Positions 1 through 9,193 of a DNA stretch of 46,674 nt are shown in pieces. Both the position numbers and the translations under genes were made by a program. Each line of letters begins with the position of its first letter. Positions within the stretch are counted from its first letter, which is position 1. The notes beneath the pieces are model-generated. The model had not been told where the DNA came from and did not search any database. It was given only the letters and a program-made list of their open reading frames with translations. Source of the stretch: an uncultured Gammaproteobacteria bacterium (lineage in GTDB: Bacteria > Pseudomonadota > Gammaproteobacteria > UBA9214); contig CAVYZN010000007.1 in the NCBI GenBank assembly GCA_963773065.1, positions 1 to 46,674 on the forward strand. The letters are read 5' to 3'.

Positions 1-20
1 AAGCATAGTGCAATCTGGCC

Positions 21-186
21 TCAGAACTCACGCAACTCGAACAGCGCGATCGACTCCACGTGCGCGATACGCGGGAACATGTCCATGACATCCGCGGCGA
101 GCAGCCAGTAACCGAACTCCTTGACCAGCCGGGCCGCATCGCGGGCGAGTGACCCGGGATGGCAGGAAACATAGACCACGCGAGCG
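21..186 (-). pseudogene. rlmD: Diverged duplicate of the rlmD 3' end
   Basis: 37-186 aligns without gaps to 3988-4137 (about 14 mismatches in 150 bp by manual count). It reads [54 protein letters not shown] versus ...[16 protein letters not shown] in the intact gene. Confidence 0.9.
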
Positions 187-539
187 AGCGGGGAGTATTT
201 CCTGCGCCGTTTGCAACGTCAATATCTTCTATCTTCAACTGCACGCACCCGGCTGACATCGAAGGAAGTCATTATCGCACGGGTTCCCAGAACGAAATTT
301 TAGCCCCTGTAAGCGCAGCTGCGGTGTTTGAAAAAATGATTCGTCGCCGGGATCACGGTACTCACAAAAAGCCGTTGGCGGGCTGCTTGCGGCTTATTTG
401 AATGCCTATAATGGCGGGCATGCCGCCATCACCGAAATAGACAAAATTGCAGAAAAACCTTGTCATGTACTTTTTTCAGTTTTTTGCTGAATAGTTACAT
501 TTCGTTTTCGAAAATAATCCTGGTTGCCCACCCTATAGC

Positions 540-2366
540 TCAATGGACAAAGGTATCGTACCAATTCTTGAGCACGAGTGCTCTCATTACGATCTTATCG
601 GCGCTCAAATATATAACTGGGCGAGCACGTTTCCGTGCCTTTGCTTTTGCAAGCAATCCGGGAGCAAGCATCTTCAGGCTTTGCTTTACAAGAGACTTCG
701 GATTTATCCATTGAGCAAGAACCGATTTATGCCGGCTCATTTTTCCCAGTGCCTCAATTATTTTTGTCAGAGCAACTGAGTCGAGGAATTCCCAAATTCC
801 ACTGGAACGATCATTCAGCTCTTCCAGGACATAATCCCTGACCGGAGTTTCTGCGGCCAATAATATGAGCCAATCCTCGAGGTTGTCTCGCTTGGCAAAG
901 GGAAATTGAGCTAGGTGCGGATATTCATGGAGAACCATTTTACGATAGAGCATTTTGTCGATCCGCATCGGATCGGGCACTTTGGCCAGGAAGTCGAGGA
1001 TCGCGTCGTCAAGCAATACATTCCGTTGATCCAACTCGATCTGTTTGTAATAGCTGGCGGTCTGAAGGTAGCATTGGAGTCGATGTGTGAAATAGAAGAA
1101 ATCCTTGGCCTGGTTGGGCGAGAGATCGCGCGCTTCGAACAAGGCTTTTTCAACAGCAGCATCCGAGGCATCACATAACTCATCATAGTGTGTTTCCCGA
1201 ATTACTGAAGCAAGACCCTGCATATCACGTAAGCGGCGCAATTTCGCAAGCGCAAAAGCCCCTTCGGTCGAGGATGCAGAAAGTGACCAGCCGAAAACTT
1301 CGTCCCCACGAAGCACGCGCTCAAAACCCCAATTGCGCAGTTCAACCATGATCTGGTATTCGTGGGGATGAAACGCGGAAATATCCGAGAGTCCGTCAAT
1401 CAGGTAATTGACGCGTGTGAAGTTTTCTCGATAATCTGTAATCTTGCGTTGTATGAATTTATGATTCGTATTTAAATGACGGGCGATCAAAGCAGCCACC
1501 GCCACATCCGAATCCTTATTCCCTTGACTTTCACCCCAGGTAACCGTATTTAGCTTCGTTCCATTGCCCTGGACACTTGCCAACACACCCCCGAGGATCC
1601 CACGAGAATCCACACCTCCAGACAAAAAGATGATCGTCTTATCGGGTTCCCCCATATGTTTTTGTGTGGCTGTCTTAAGTAATTGACCCAGTTCGTGCTC
1701 CAAATCAGCCTGAGAGGCTCCATCGGGCACTGACCCTGGCGAGTACCTCCAATACTTTTCCTTCACCAACCTTCCACTTTCGATTCTCAATAATTCACCA
1801 CCCTGAAGCCGTCTCACTGATCTGAAGAGGGTTTGATCACCCAGCAAATAACCCTGTGCCAGGAACGTCGCGAACGCTTCCGAATCAATTTCCCTGTTCA
1901 CAAGAAGACTGGCAAGCAAGACTTTCACCTCGGGTGCGAAGAGCAGTCGATCCTTGATCAGAGCATAATAGATTGGAAAAGAAGCCCTACGATCGACAAT
2001 GAGGAGAGTTGTGCCGTGACCAGGCTCTGTCAGTACCGCTGAGAAAAAGCCGCGCCAATGGCAAAGCGCGGAATTCTCCGGCATTTTGTTAATAGGCACA
2101 TTAGGCTCGCGTTCGAGCAATGAACCGGAGACGAATAAATGAATACCGGATTCTTTACCATCGAGGCGAATGGGCCACTCAAGCGGATTCTGCTTCGGTA
2201 AACCGACTCTGCCAACCAGCAGATTTGATGCCGTTATAGATGCCTGCTCTAACCGATCCTCCTCGTGGTGACGAAGAGCATCGGCCATTTTCGTGAAGAT
2301 AATCTTTCCCTCTTCCTCTGAAGTCGACTTAGGGTTTAGATCCAAAATTCCAAACAAACCAGGCAT
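540..2366 (-). CDS. Asparagine synthetase B-like amidotransferase/ATP pyrophosphatase family protein
   Basis: 608 aa ORF with an Ntn-like N-terminal region (DRRASFPIYY, FAPEVK), PP-loop LSGGVDS and GDEVFG motif. Starts MPGLFG with no N-terminal Cys. Visibly lower GC than the backbone. Confidence 0.8.
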   Translation of the reverse strand: MPGLFGILDLNPKSTSEEEGKIIFTKMADALRHHEEDRLEQASITASNLLVGRVGLPKQNPLEWPIRLDGKESGIHLFVSGSLLEREPNVPINKMPENSALCHWRGFFSAVLTEPGHGTTLLIVDRRASFPIYYALIKDRLLFAPEVKVLLASLLVNREIDSEAFATFLAQGYLLGDQTLFRSVRRLQGGELLRIESGRLVKEKYWRYSPGSVPDGASQADLEHELGQLLKTATQKHMGEPDKTIIFLSGGVDSRGILGGVLASVQGNGTKLNTVTWGESQGNKDSDVAVAALIARHLNTNHKFIQRKITDYRENFTRVNYLIDGLSDISAFHPHEYQIMVELRNWGFERVLRGDEVFGWSLSASSTEGAFALAKLRRLRDMQGLASVIRETHYDELCDASDAAVEKALFEARDLSPNQAKDFFYFTHRLQCYLQTASYYKQIELDQRNVLLDDAILDFLAKVPDPMRIDKMLYRKMVLHEYPHLAQFPFAKRDNLEDWLILLAAETPVRDYVLEELNDRSSGIWEFLDSVALTKIIEALGKMSRHKSVLAQWINPKSLVKQSLKMLAPGLLAKAKARKRARPVIYLSADKIVMRALVLKNWYDTFVH

Positions 2367-2387
2367 ATATTTTGCCTATCCTTTAAT

Positions 2388-3083
2388 TATAGGAACTATA
2401 AATACCCTTTTCCGAACGGGTCAAGGGGTAATCCACGGGGACCGGGAGGACAGTAGCTCCGCCACCGCCACGAAATCCCGCCAGGTCCCACCGGGCCGGA
2501 CGCGAAATCCGCTCACGTTCTGGCCGATCCCGGCGCGACAGCCAAGCACCGCTCTGCCGCTTTCTGACGAAAGTAGCCACAGGTGCAGGAGGCAAGCTGA
2601 CGAGGTATGCCGACCTGCCGCAGGCGGGGACGTCTATCGAACCGGCGGACGGGTGGCGCCCGCCCTTCGGGTATCAGGCCCCTCCCCTGCGGAGCGTCCT
2701 TCTGATCAAGGTGGGCGAGAATCTTGTTGATCACCACCGGATCTTCTCGGCTTCGGCATCCTGCGTCGCCCTACCTCGTACGTCCCTGCACTCGGATGCA
2801 GGCAAGAGCCTGCCCCGCGAGCGCAGCGAGTGCTTTGGGCATGATCCTGACGCGCCACCGCAAGCGTGGCAGGTTTCGATATCGATGTCGCCTAAAGCGC
2901 CTACTTTTGGCAAACACGCGTTTCAGTCGCTGCGCCTTTATGCCCTTTGGGTGCAGGTCATGGCCGTGCAGCGTTCGACGGGCGTTTTCTCTTCCCTATC
3001 CCTATCCGAATGACGCTTGTTTCCCTTGTCAGTTTGGCCGGTGTCACCCACGCACGGTGTTTGCTGTTCGGCGCGCACACGCC
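2388..3083 (-). mobile_element. IS91/ISCR rolling-circle element remnant (transposase C-terminus plus oriIS)
   Basis: Minus strand encodes GVCAPNSKHRAWVTPAK, KTPVER..AMTWAQRLKRVF, DIDIETCHACGG, IIACIEDPVVINKILAHL, PEGRAPP (interrupted). These match ISCR-type transposase C-terminal motifs. It ends in GAAAAGGGTATTTATAGTTCCTATA, like ISCR/IS91 oriIS. Confidence 0.85.
2395..2424 (-). promoter_or_regulatory. Putative outward-facing sigma70 promoter in oriIS, reading into the asnB-like gene
   Basis: TTGACC-N18-TATAGT on the minus strand, about 30 nt upstream of the ATG at 2366. Confidence 0.4.
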
Positions 3084-3085
3084 AA

Positions 3086-3222
3086 GTCACCACATGTGAT
3101 CATCTACTACCAGAGGCTTCAGCCACTTCGTTATCTCCATGACCGCTCCGATTGCTTCCGGCTGGAGCGGTAGCCGGATGGGACTCTCACCCACTGGGAA
3201 ACGCCGCCTTTGCACAGCGCAC
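3086..3222 (-). mobile_element. Truncated 5' end of a group II intron (domain I fragment)
   Basis: Begins GTGCG at 3222 and continues CTGTGCAAAGGCGGCG...AGTGGGTGAGAGTCCCATCCGGC...CGCTCCAGCCGGAAGCAATCGGAGCG...GGAGATAACGAAGTGGCTGAAGCC, resembling bacterial group II intron 5' ends. No RT ORF or domain V follows. Confidence 0.7.
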
Positions 3223-3316
3223 TACAAAGAAGAAAATATTGAGCCAAGATTCTGTTGCCGGTCAGGATGAATTGTTCTAAAAAGGGCTTTGAGACCCCGT
3301 TATCGAGGAACGAATT

Positions 3317-3520
3317 ATGACTGCGCCTGCCGAGGATATCCGCAAACGACTCCATGAATTGGCCGATCAATTGCCAGCCGATGCCACATGGGATGATGTC
3401 ATAGAGGAGGCACGGTTTCGCCGCGCCGTCGAGGCTGGTATTGCAGCGGCCGACCGCGGTGGCTTCGCTACCGAGGATGAACTGCGAACGACTTTTGCAA
3501 CCTGGGATGTCAAGATTTGA
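3317..3520 (+). CDS. Putative antitoxin of a RelE/ParE module
   Basis: 67 aa acidic ORF (LPADATWDDV...VEAGIAAADRG) with a GAGGA RBS; its stop overlaps the toxin start. Confidence 0.75.
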   Translation: MTAPAEDIRKRLHELADQLPADATWDDVIEEARFRRAVEAGIAAADRGGFATEDELRTTFATWDVKI

Positions 3521-3807
3521 AACTCCGCTGGACGCGACCTGCGTTGGCGGATTTGATCGAGGCCCAGGGCTTCATCGCGTTGGATAACCCGCAGATCGCT
3601 CAGGAGGTGGCGCAACGCGTGTGGGATGCGGCTTCATGCTTATGCGACAACCCGAATATCGGCAGGCTTGGTCACATTTCAGGTACGCACGAATGGGTAG
3701 TCACGCGCACGCCTTATCTCGTTGTATATCGGATCAAGGATGATGCAGTGGAAATTCTCCGGGTCTGGCATACGAAACGCGATTGGCGGAATGAGTCAAT
3801 TGAATGA
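3517..3807 (+). CDS. Type II toxin, RelE/ParE family
   Basis: MKLRWTRPALADL...NPNIGRLG...GTHEWVV..TPYLVVYRI....VEILRVWH is the ParE/RelE pattern. Confidence 0.88.
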   Translation: MKLRWTRPALADLIEAQGFIALDNPQIAQEVAQRVWDAASCLCDNPNIGRLGHISGTHEWVVTRTPYLVVYRIKDDAVEILRVWHTKRDWRNESIE

Positions 3808-3977
3808 TGTTTGGATCAATGGCGTTCCTATTGATCGTGGCAACGCGACAGATGGGCGTTACCAAGCCGCGCCGCCGCCCGGCAACGGCAACATGATCGC
3901 ATCCTTGCGATTTCCTCTTGCGCTTCAGACTGGCAGGCGTACAGGGTGTCGGCCAGCTTGTTGCCTGCCCCAGAACG

Positions 3978-5309
3978 CTAACGTGTTTCGAACAGCGCGA
4001 TCGACTCCACGTGCGCGGTATGCGGGAACATGTCCATGACGCCTGCCGCCAGCAGCCGGTAACCGAACTCATCGACCAGCCGGGCCGCGTCGCGGGCGAG
4101 CGAGCCCGGATGGCAGGAAACATAGACCACGCGAGCGGGCCGGATATTCCCCACGACATCCAGCGCCGCGGCCGCCCCGCTGCGCGGCGGATCCAGCAGG
4201 ATGCGCTCATAGGCCGCACCCGCCCAGGGCGCCTCGATCTGGCTCGCGGCGAGGTCGGCGAGATGAAACATCGCGTTCCCGATACCATTGCGGATGGCAT
4301 TGGCGCGGGCACGCGCTACCAGGCCGGCATCGCCCTCGACCCCCACCACCTCGGCGGCATGGCGCGCGAGCGGCAGGGTAAAATTGCCCAGCCCGCAGTA
4401 GAGGTCGAGCACGCGGTGGGTGCCGTCGAGTTCCAGCAGGCGCAGCACACGCTCCACCATCTGCCGGTTGATGGCGGTATTGATCTGGGTGAAGTCGGTG
4501 GGCCTGAATTCGATTGCTATGCCCTGTGCCGGCAGGGTGTAACTCAATGCCGAATCCTCGGGCCAGAGCGGGCGCACGCTGTCCGGTCCGCCCGGCTGCA
4601 GATAGACATGGAAACCCTGGTCACGGGCAAACTGCTTCAGCCTGTCCCGGTCCGCCTCAGCCAGCGGATCGAGGTGCCGGAAGACCAGCGCCGTGACGCA
4701 ATCGGTCACGGCCACTTCGACCTGGGGTATGCGTGACCTTGCCTGCAACTGGCCGATGAGACGGGCAATTTCGGGGATGCGCTCGCCGACGGACGGGTGC
4801 AGCACCTCGCAGCGCCGCAGGTCTGCCAGGTGGGAACTGTGCTTCTCGCGAAAGCCGACCAGCACGCGGCCCTTGCTACTGACATCCTTGATGCCCAGAC
4901 GCGCCTTGCCGCGGTAGCCCCATAGCGGACCGCCGAGCGGCGGCAGCACCTCATCCGGGGTCACCCTGCCGATGTGTTTCAGGTTATCCAGCAGCACCCG
5001 CTGCTTGGCGCTGATCTGTTCCCCGGCTTCCAGATGTTGCAGGCTGCAGCCGCCGCACACGCCGAAATGCGGACACCTCGGTTCGACCCGGTGCGGTGAC
5101 GGTTCATGCACTGCCCGGACCCGGGCCTCGTCGTAGTTGCGGTGTGTGGCCAGATAGTTGATAGCCACCGATTCACCGGGCAGGGCGCCGTCGATGAAGA
5201 CGGCCTTGCCGTCAATATGCGCCACCCCGCGGCCATCATGCGCGAGTGATTCCACGCCAACCCGTTCCGCGGGGTCAGGCAGGCGCTGCGTGCGACGGTG
5301 TCTGCCCAT
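3978..5309 (-). CDS. rlmD: 23S rRNA (uracil1939-C5)-methyltransferase
   Basis: TRAM domain, CPHFGVCGGC Fe-S motif, LDLYCGLGNF, LDPPRSG, YVSCHP, DMFPHTAHVE. Confidence 0.97.
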   Translation of the reverse strand: MGRHRRTQRLPDPAERVGVESLAHDGRGVAHIDGKAVFIDGALPGESVAINYLATHRNYDEARVRAVHEPSPHRVEPRCPHFGVCGGCSLQHLEAGEQISAKQRVLLDNLKHIGRVTPDEVLPPLGGPLWGYRGKARLGIKDVSSKGRVLVGFREKHSSHLADLRRCEVLHPSVGERIPEIARLIGQLQARSRIPQVEVAVTDCVTALVFRHLDPLAEADRDRLKQFARDQGFHVYLQPGGPDSVRPLWPEDSALSYTLPAQGIAIEFRPTDFTQINTAINRQMVERVLRLLELDGTHRVLDLYCGLGNFTLPLARHAAEVVGVEGDAGLVARARANAIRNGIGNAMFHLADLAASQIEAPWAGAAYERILLDPPRSGAAAALDVVGNIRPARVVYVSCHPGSLARDAARLVDEFGYRLLAAGVMDMFPHTAHVESIALFETR

Positions 5310-5350
5310 CACTCAAAGGGAAACGAATCCAGCGAAAAGGCCGAGGCGGA

Positions 5351-6127
5351 TCAGGCAGCCTGCCAGGCCTGGAGAAATTCCTGCAGGTGCGGCTTGTCCG
5401 CTTTCTGCAGTTCATCGCGCACCAGTTGACAGGCCTGCGCGTAGTCCGCGCCCGTCAGGTGCCCACGGACCAGCTCGAAACGCAGGTAGACCAGGTAGGT
5501 ATTGAGCACATCGGTTTCACAATAATTGCGGATGCCTTCGATAGCGCCGGCCTGATAACTGTCCCACACCTGCGCGCCGCTCATGCCCATCTTGCCCGGG
5601 AACCCGAGCAGCGTGGCAATCTCGTCCAGGCGGGCGACCGCGCGCGGCTGGTAGCCGGAGAGGACATCCATCAGGTCGGTGTGGCGTTCGTGATAGCGGC
5701 TCAGATAGTTGTTCCATTTGAAATCGCGGTCATCGCCCCCGGTATCCCAGTAACGGTGCGCCGCGATACCGTGCAGCAAACTGCGGTAATGCAGGACGGG
5801 CAGGTCGAAACCGGAACCATTCCAGGAAATCAGGGTCGGCGTGTAGCGTTCGATGCCGTCGAAGAAACGCCGGATCAGCTCCCCCTCGGGCGCATCCACC
5901 TCACCCAGTGACCAGACCTTGAACCGCTCCGGCGTTTGTAACACGACGGAAATCGCCACGATGCGGTGCAGGTGATGACGCAGGAATTCCGATCCGCCGG
6001 TCTCCTGCGCCCGCAGGTGGAACATGGCCGCCGCCACATTGCGGTCATCCAGGCCATCCAGCCGGTACAGCCGCCGGCCGTTCTCCACATCGGGAACCGT
6101 TTCGATGTCAAATACAAACAGGTTCAT
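5351..6127 (-). CDS. Predicted 3'-5' exonuclease, PolB-like exo domain
   Basis: FDIETVPD, SWNGSGFDLPVL, HTDLMD and YCETDV DEDDy motifs. Confidence 0.9.
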   Translation of the reverse strand: MNLFVFDIETVPDVENGRRLYRLDGLDDRNVAAAMFHLRAQETGGSEFLRHHLHRIVAISVVLQTPERFKVWSLGEVDAPEGELIRRFFDGIERYTPTLISWNGSGFDLPVLHYRSLLHGIAAHRYWDTGGDDRDFKWNNYLSRYHERHTDLMDVLSGYQPRAVARLDEIATLLGFPGKMGMSGAQVWDSYQAGAIEGIRNYCETDVLNTYLVYLRFELVRGHLTGADYAQACQLVRDELQKADKPHLQEFLQAWQAA

Positions 6128-6169
6128 TGTTTTCAATGATCGAGAGTCTACCGCCGATATGCGAATACG

Positions 6170-6377
6170 CAGGAATTATGCCGTCAATAACAGACGGCTG
6201 ATGCCGGGCAAGTCCTGTAGATGACCGTCGGCCGCAGGGACGATGCACAGGGATGTGCAAGTGTCGCGTGAGGGCAGGATGCCCGGAGCGACTGCGGCCG
6301 TCGAGCTTACAGGGATGTATTCACAGCGTGTCACGGAAGGACTTGTCCGGCATAAGCTATTGGCACCGTAATACCTG
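6170..6377. repeat. About 200-bp nested imperfect palindrome (MITE/REPIN-like) with GGA-loop hairpins
   Basis: Inverted arms ATGCCGGGCAAGTCCT (6201-6216) / AGGACTTGTCCGGCAT (6338-6353). Inner arms CGGCCGCAG / CTGCGGCCG. Hairpin loops AGGGAT and AGGAT. Confidence 0.7.
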
Positions 6378-6433
6378 GTAATTTTTCACGCTTTGCATTT
6401 TGGGGTAAAAAATCCTGGCTAGCGGTATACAGC

Positions 6434-7027
6434 TTATTTCTGCTTCCAGGCGCCGCTTCCGTCCATGTACCACCAGCCGCCGGGGGCATTGTCCACCCAG
6501 CGCCGGGCAAAGGTCTGGCGGATATCCGGCTCCCATTCCGGGTGCCCGTTGGCTTGCGCGATTTCCGCGTAGAGCGCGCTGCGGTCCTGGTTTTCCCTGG
6601 CCACCAGTTTTTTCACCTGATTGCGCTCCTGCAGCGGCACCAGTGTCTGGTCGCGCAGCTCGATCTCGCCATTGCGTGTCATGCCGACCGCACCCGAGGT
6701 GTAATAGGGCGCGAGCTCCCGGTGGCGTTTCTCCATATCGGCCTGGAGCTGCCGGATCGCCGGGGTGTTGACCGAAAGATCGGCCTCGGCATGGGCCACC
6801 GGAATGAACCAGTCCAGCAGGGCGTTTCCGTCAGGCAGCGGCATGGCCGGGGAGTCATTCAAGGATTGCGGTTCCGTGGTCGGCTTCTGGTCTTCGCCAT
6901 AGACGTCACGGATGATTCTGTCGGCGGCCTGCTCCGCTGCCGCCGCGGGAAAATACACATTGATCGTCACACAGGCCGCGGCAAACAGCACCAGCAGCAG
7001 GGTCATCGGCAGTCGCAGGGTATTCAT
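6434..7027 (-). CDS. YdbL/DUF1318 family protein with lipoprotein-like N-terminus
   Basis: Lipobox-like AAAC-VTINVYFPAAAAEQAAD, ENQDRSALY.EIA.AN and C-terminal GWWY...G.W.QK. Confidence 0.8.
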   Translation of the reverse strand: MNTLRLPMTLLLVLFAAACVTINVYFPAAAAEQAADRIIRDVYGEDQKPTTEPQSLNDSPAMPLPDGNALLDWFIPVAHAEADLSVNTPAIRQLQADMEKRHRELAPYYTSGAVGMTRNGEIELRDQTLVPLQERNQVKKLVARENQDRSALYAEIAQANGHPEWEPDIRQTFARRWVDNAPGGWWYMDGSGAWKQK

Positions 7028-7106
7028 CGCTTGTCCTCATTCTCATGGTATCTACGGGCCTCTAACGCTAGCCCCCGGCACAGGTTAACACCATCCCGGC
7101 CCCTGA

Positions 7107-9189
7107 TCATTGCACCACGGCGCCGGCCTCCTGCCTGGTCACCGCAACGAGCTGTGACACCAGGCTGCGCCAGTTGACGCGGCTGGCATAACCGATGACA
7201 TCCAGGCGCGGCGGCAACAGGCGGCCCTTGACGATATAGTAACCGTTCGCGGCCGGCGCGACGCCACCCATTTCACAGGTCCCGTTCTCCAGGCGGCAAC
7301 TGATGCCCAGTTTTTCATAGGGGAAATCCTCGAAAAAGCGCAGCATGCCGCGTGATAGGGCGCCGCCGACACCGCCCCCGCCGATACGGGAGATATTGTC
7401 CACCGCCTTCTGACTGATGCGATGACGCGAGTCATCATCCGCGGGGGTGGCGAACCAGGCATCGAAGGCTACCGGGCGCCAGGCCTCCAGATAAAGGCCA
7501 TCGACGCGACCATCAAGGCGGCCTTCGATCTTGCCAAATGAGAAAGCCCGGGTCAGTGCCTCGAGGTCGATATTGTCCACCCGCGCATCGGCGCGCAACC
7601 GCGGGATCGCGGATAATGGCTGCAGCAGTTGCAGGTTGCCAAGGGTGATATCGCCGTCGAATGCCCGCACCAGCAGCATGCCCCCGACCTCCAGCTTACC
7701 GTTCGCATAATGCACGTCCGGAATGACCCCGGAAAGTTGGCCGGCGAACTCAGGCCACCCCAATGACCGGCACAGCTCGGGCAGGGAAACCGGCGTGAGG
7801 ATGCCGTCGATGGCCCAGCGCCAGGGAGCATCCCCGGGATAGGCGAGTTCGAAGGCGTCGATTTGCAAACCGCCGTCCAGCACGGCGATGCGGGCGGGTT
7901 CCCGCAGGCGCAGGCTCGACGCGGTCGATTCCGTGGCGATCCGCCCCACGCCCAGCGGCACCCGGTAGAGATGCCCATCCCGCCAGTGCACCTCGGAACG
8001 CCGCGCCTCTCCCTTCGCGGCCCAGTCGACGCTGCCCTGCAAACCGTCCAGACCGTAACGGCCTTCACGGTCATCGAAGGATACATTGTCAAGATCCAGA
8101 TGGATGCCGGCAAGCTGCCCCTGCCGCCACTGCATGTTCGCCTCGACGGCACCCGCCGTGTGCAAATCGGCGAGCACGGTATCGTTCAGCCAAGGCTGGA
8201 GATAGGTGTCATACAGGCCGGGGAGCCGGCCTTGCGTTATCTCGATGGTAAGCGCCTCCGGCCGGTCCGTCTGATCCAACCGGATGCGCCCCGCGGCGTG
8301 CAGCCTGACCGTGCCCGGATGTTCATAATCAAACGCGTCGACGACCAGGCGCCTGGCGCCGGGCTGCCAATCGAGTTCGGCCGTGACATGGACCGGCCGG
8401 GGATCGAGGTCGATGAATACCGGCTCGATATAGAGCTGTCCCTGGTTGGCGTCGAGGCGGCCCGAGACCCGCCAGCGATCGGCGACCCGTGTCAACCCGG
8501 CATCGAGGCGCAGCCCGAGATTCGTACCGGCGAGGCGGCCTTTTGCATCGGAGAATTCCTTCGACTGAAGACGGGCGGATACGCGGCCCGTGTGAAACTG
8601 CGCGCCTTCCCCCTGCAGCCTGGCGGTGAAATCAATCGCGCCGGGCCCCGACAGAGACGCCGGCAACGCGCCCGCAGCCGCCAGTCGCGCCGACACCGCA
8701 TGCAGTTGCAGCGCGCTTCCCTGTACTGTCAGGTTCCAGGCCGCCGGACTCCAGTTCCGCCTTGGCGGATACCACGCCACCGTCCACCCGCAGATTATCC
8801 ATGGCCAGCACCAGGCGGCCGGTATCAAACCGGTAGTCAAAATCGAGGCGCAGGCGCTGGGCGCCGAGGTAACCCGCGCCGAGCCGAAACTCCCCGTCGC
8901 GACAGGTGATCTTCTCCGGCGTGATCGACCCCTGCGGGCATACACCCCGCAGATCGGAAACACTGCCCAGCGGTTCGGGGAACACGGCCTTTGCCGCATC
9001 CAGCCGCAGCGCGGCCGTATTCCCGTCGAGCCAGACTAGGCGGGCCTCTACACCCTCGAGCGACCAGCCGGCGCCTTCGATGCCGCCCAGTGTGAGGCTT
9101 ATCTCCTCAACGGTATGGCCGGCCGGATAGTCCCCGGCCAACAGGACCAGCCCCAGCAGAAAAGTGCTAGCCCGCCGGCGTGAGATCAC
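7107..9189 (-). CDS. YdbH/AsmA-like intermembrane lipid transport protein (frameshift near 8740)
   Basis: ORFs 8632..9264 and 7107..8999 join as ...AELESGG-WNLTVQG... if one C is removed at about 8740. C-terminal ISQKAVDNISRIGGGG and GYYIVKG..PPRLDVIGY. Adjacent to the ydbL-like gene. Confidence 0.7.
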
Positions 9190-9193
9190 CTGC

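Noticed and set aside
309-498. Possible MITE bounded by GTAAGCGCAGC and GCTGAATAGTTAC
   Set aside because: The right end looks like an IS/MITE terminus, but the left match is poor and there is no second copy in the window.
3230-3977. TA pair as an integron cassette
   Set aside because: No convincing attC structure or integron integrase found.
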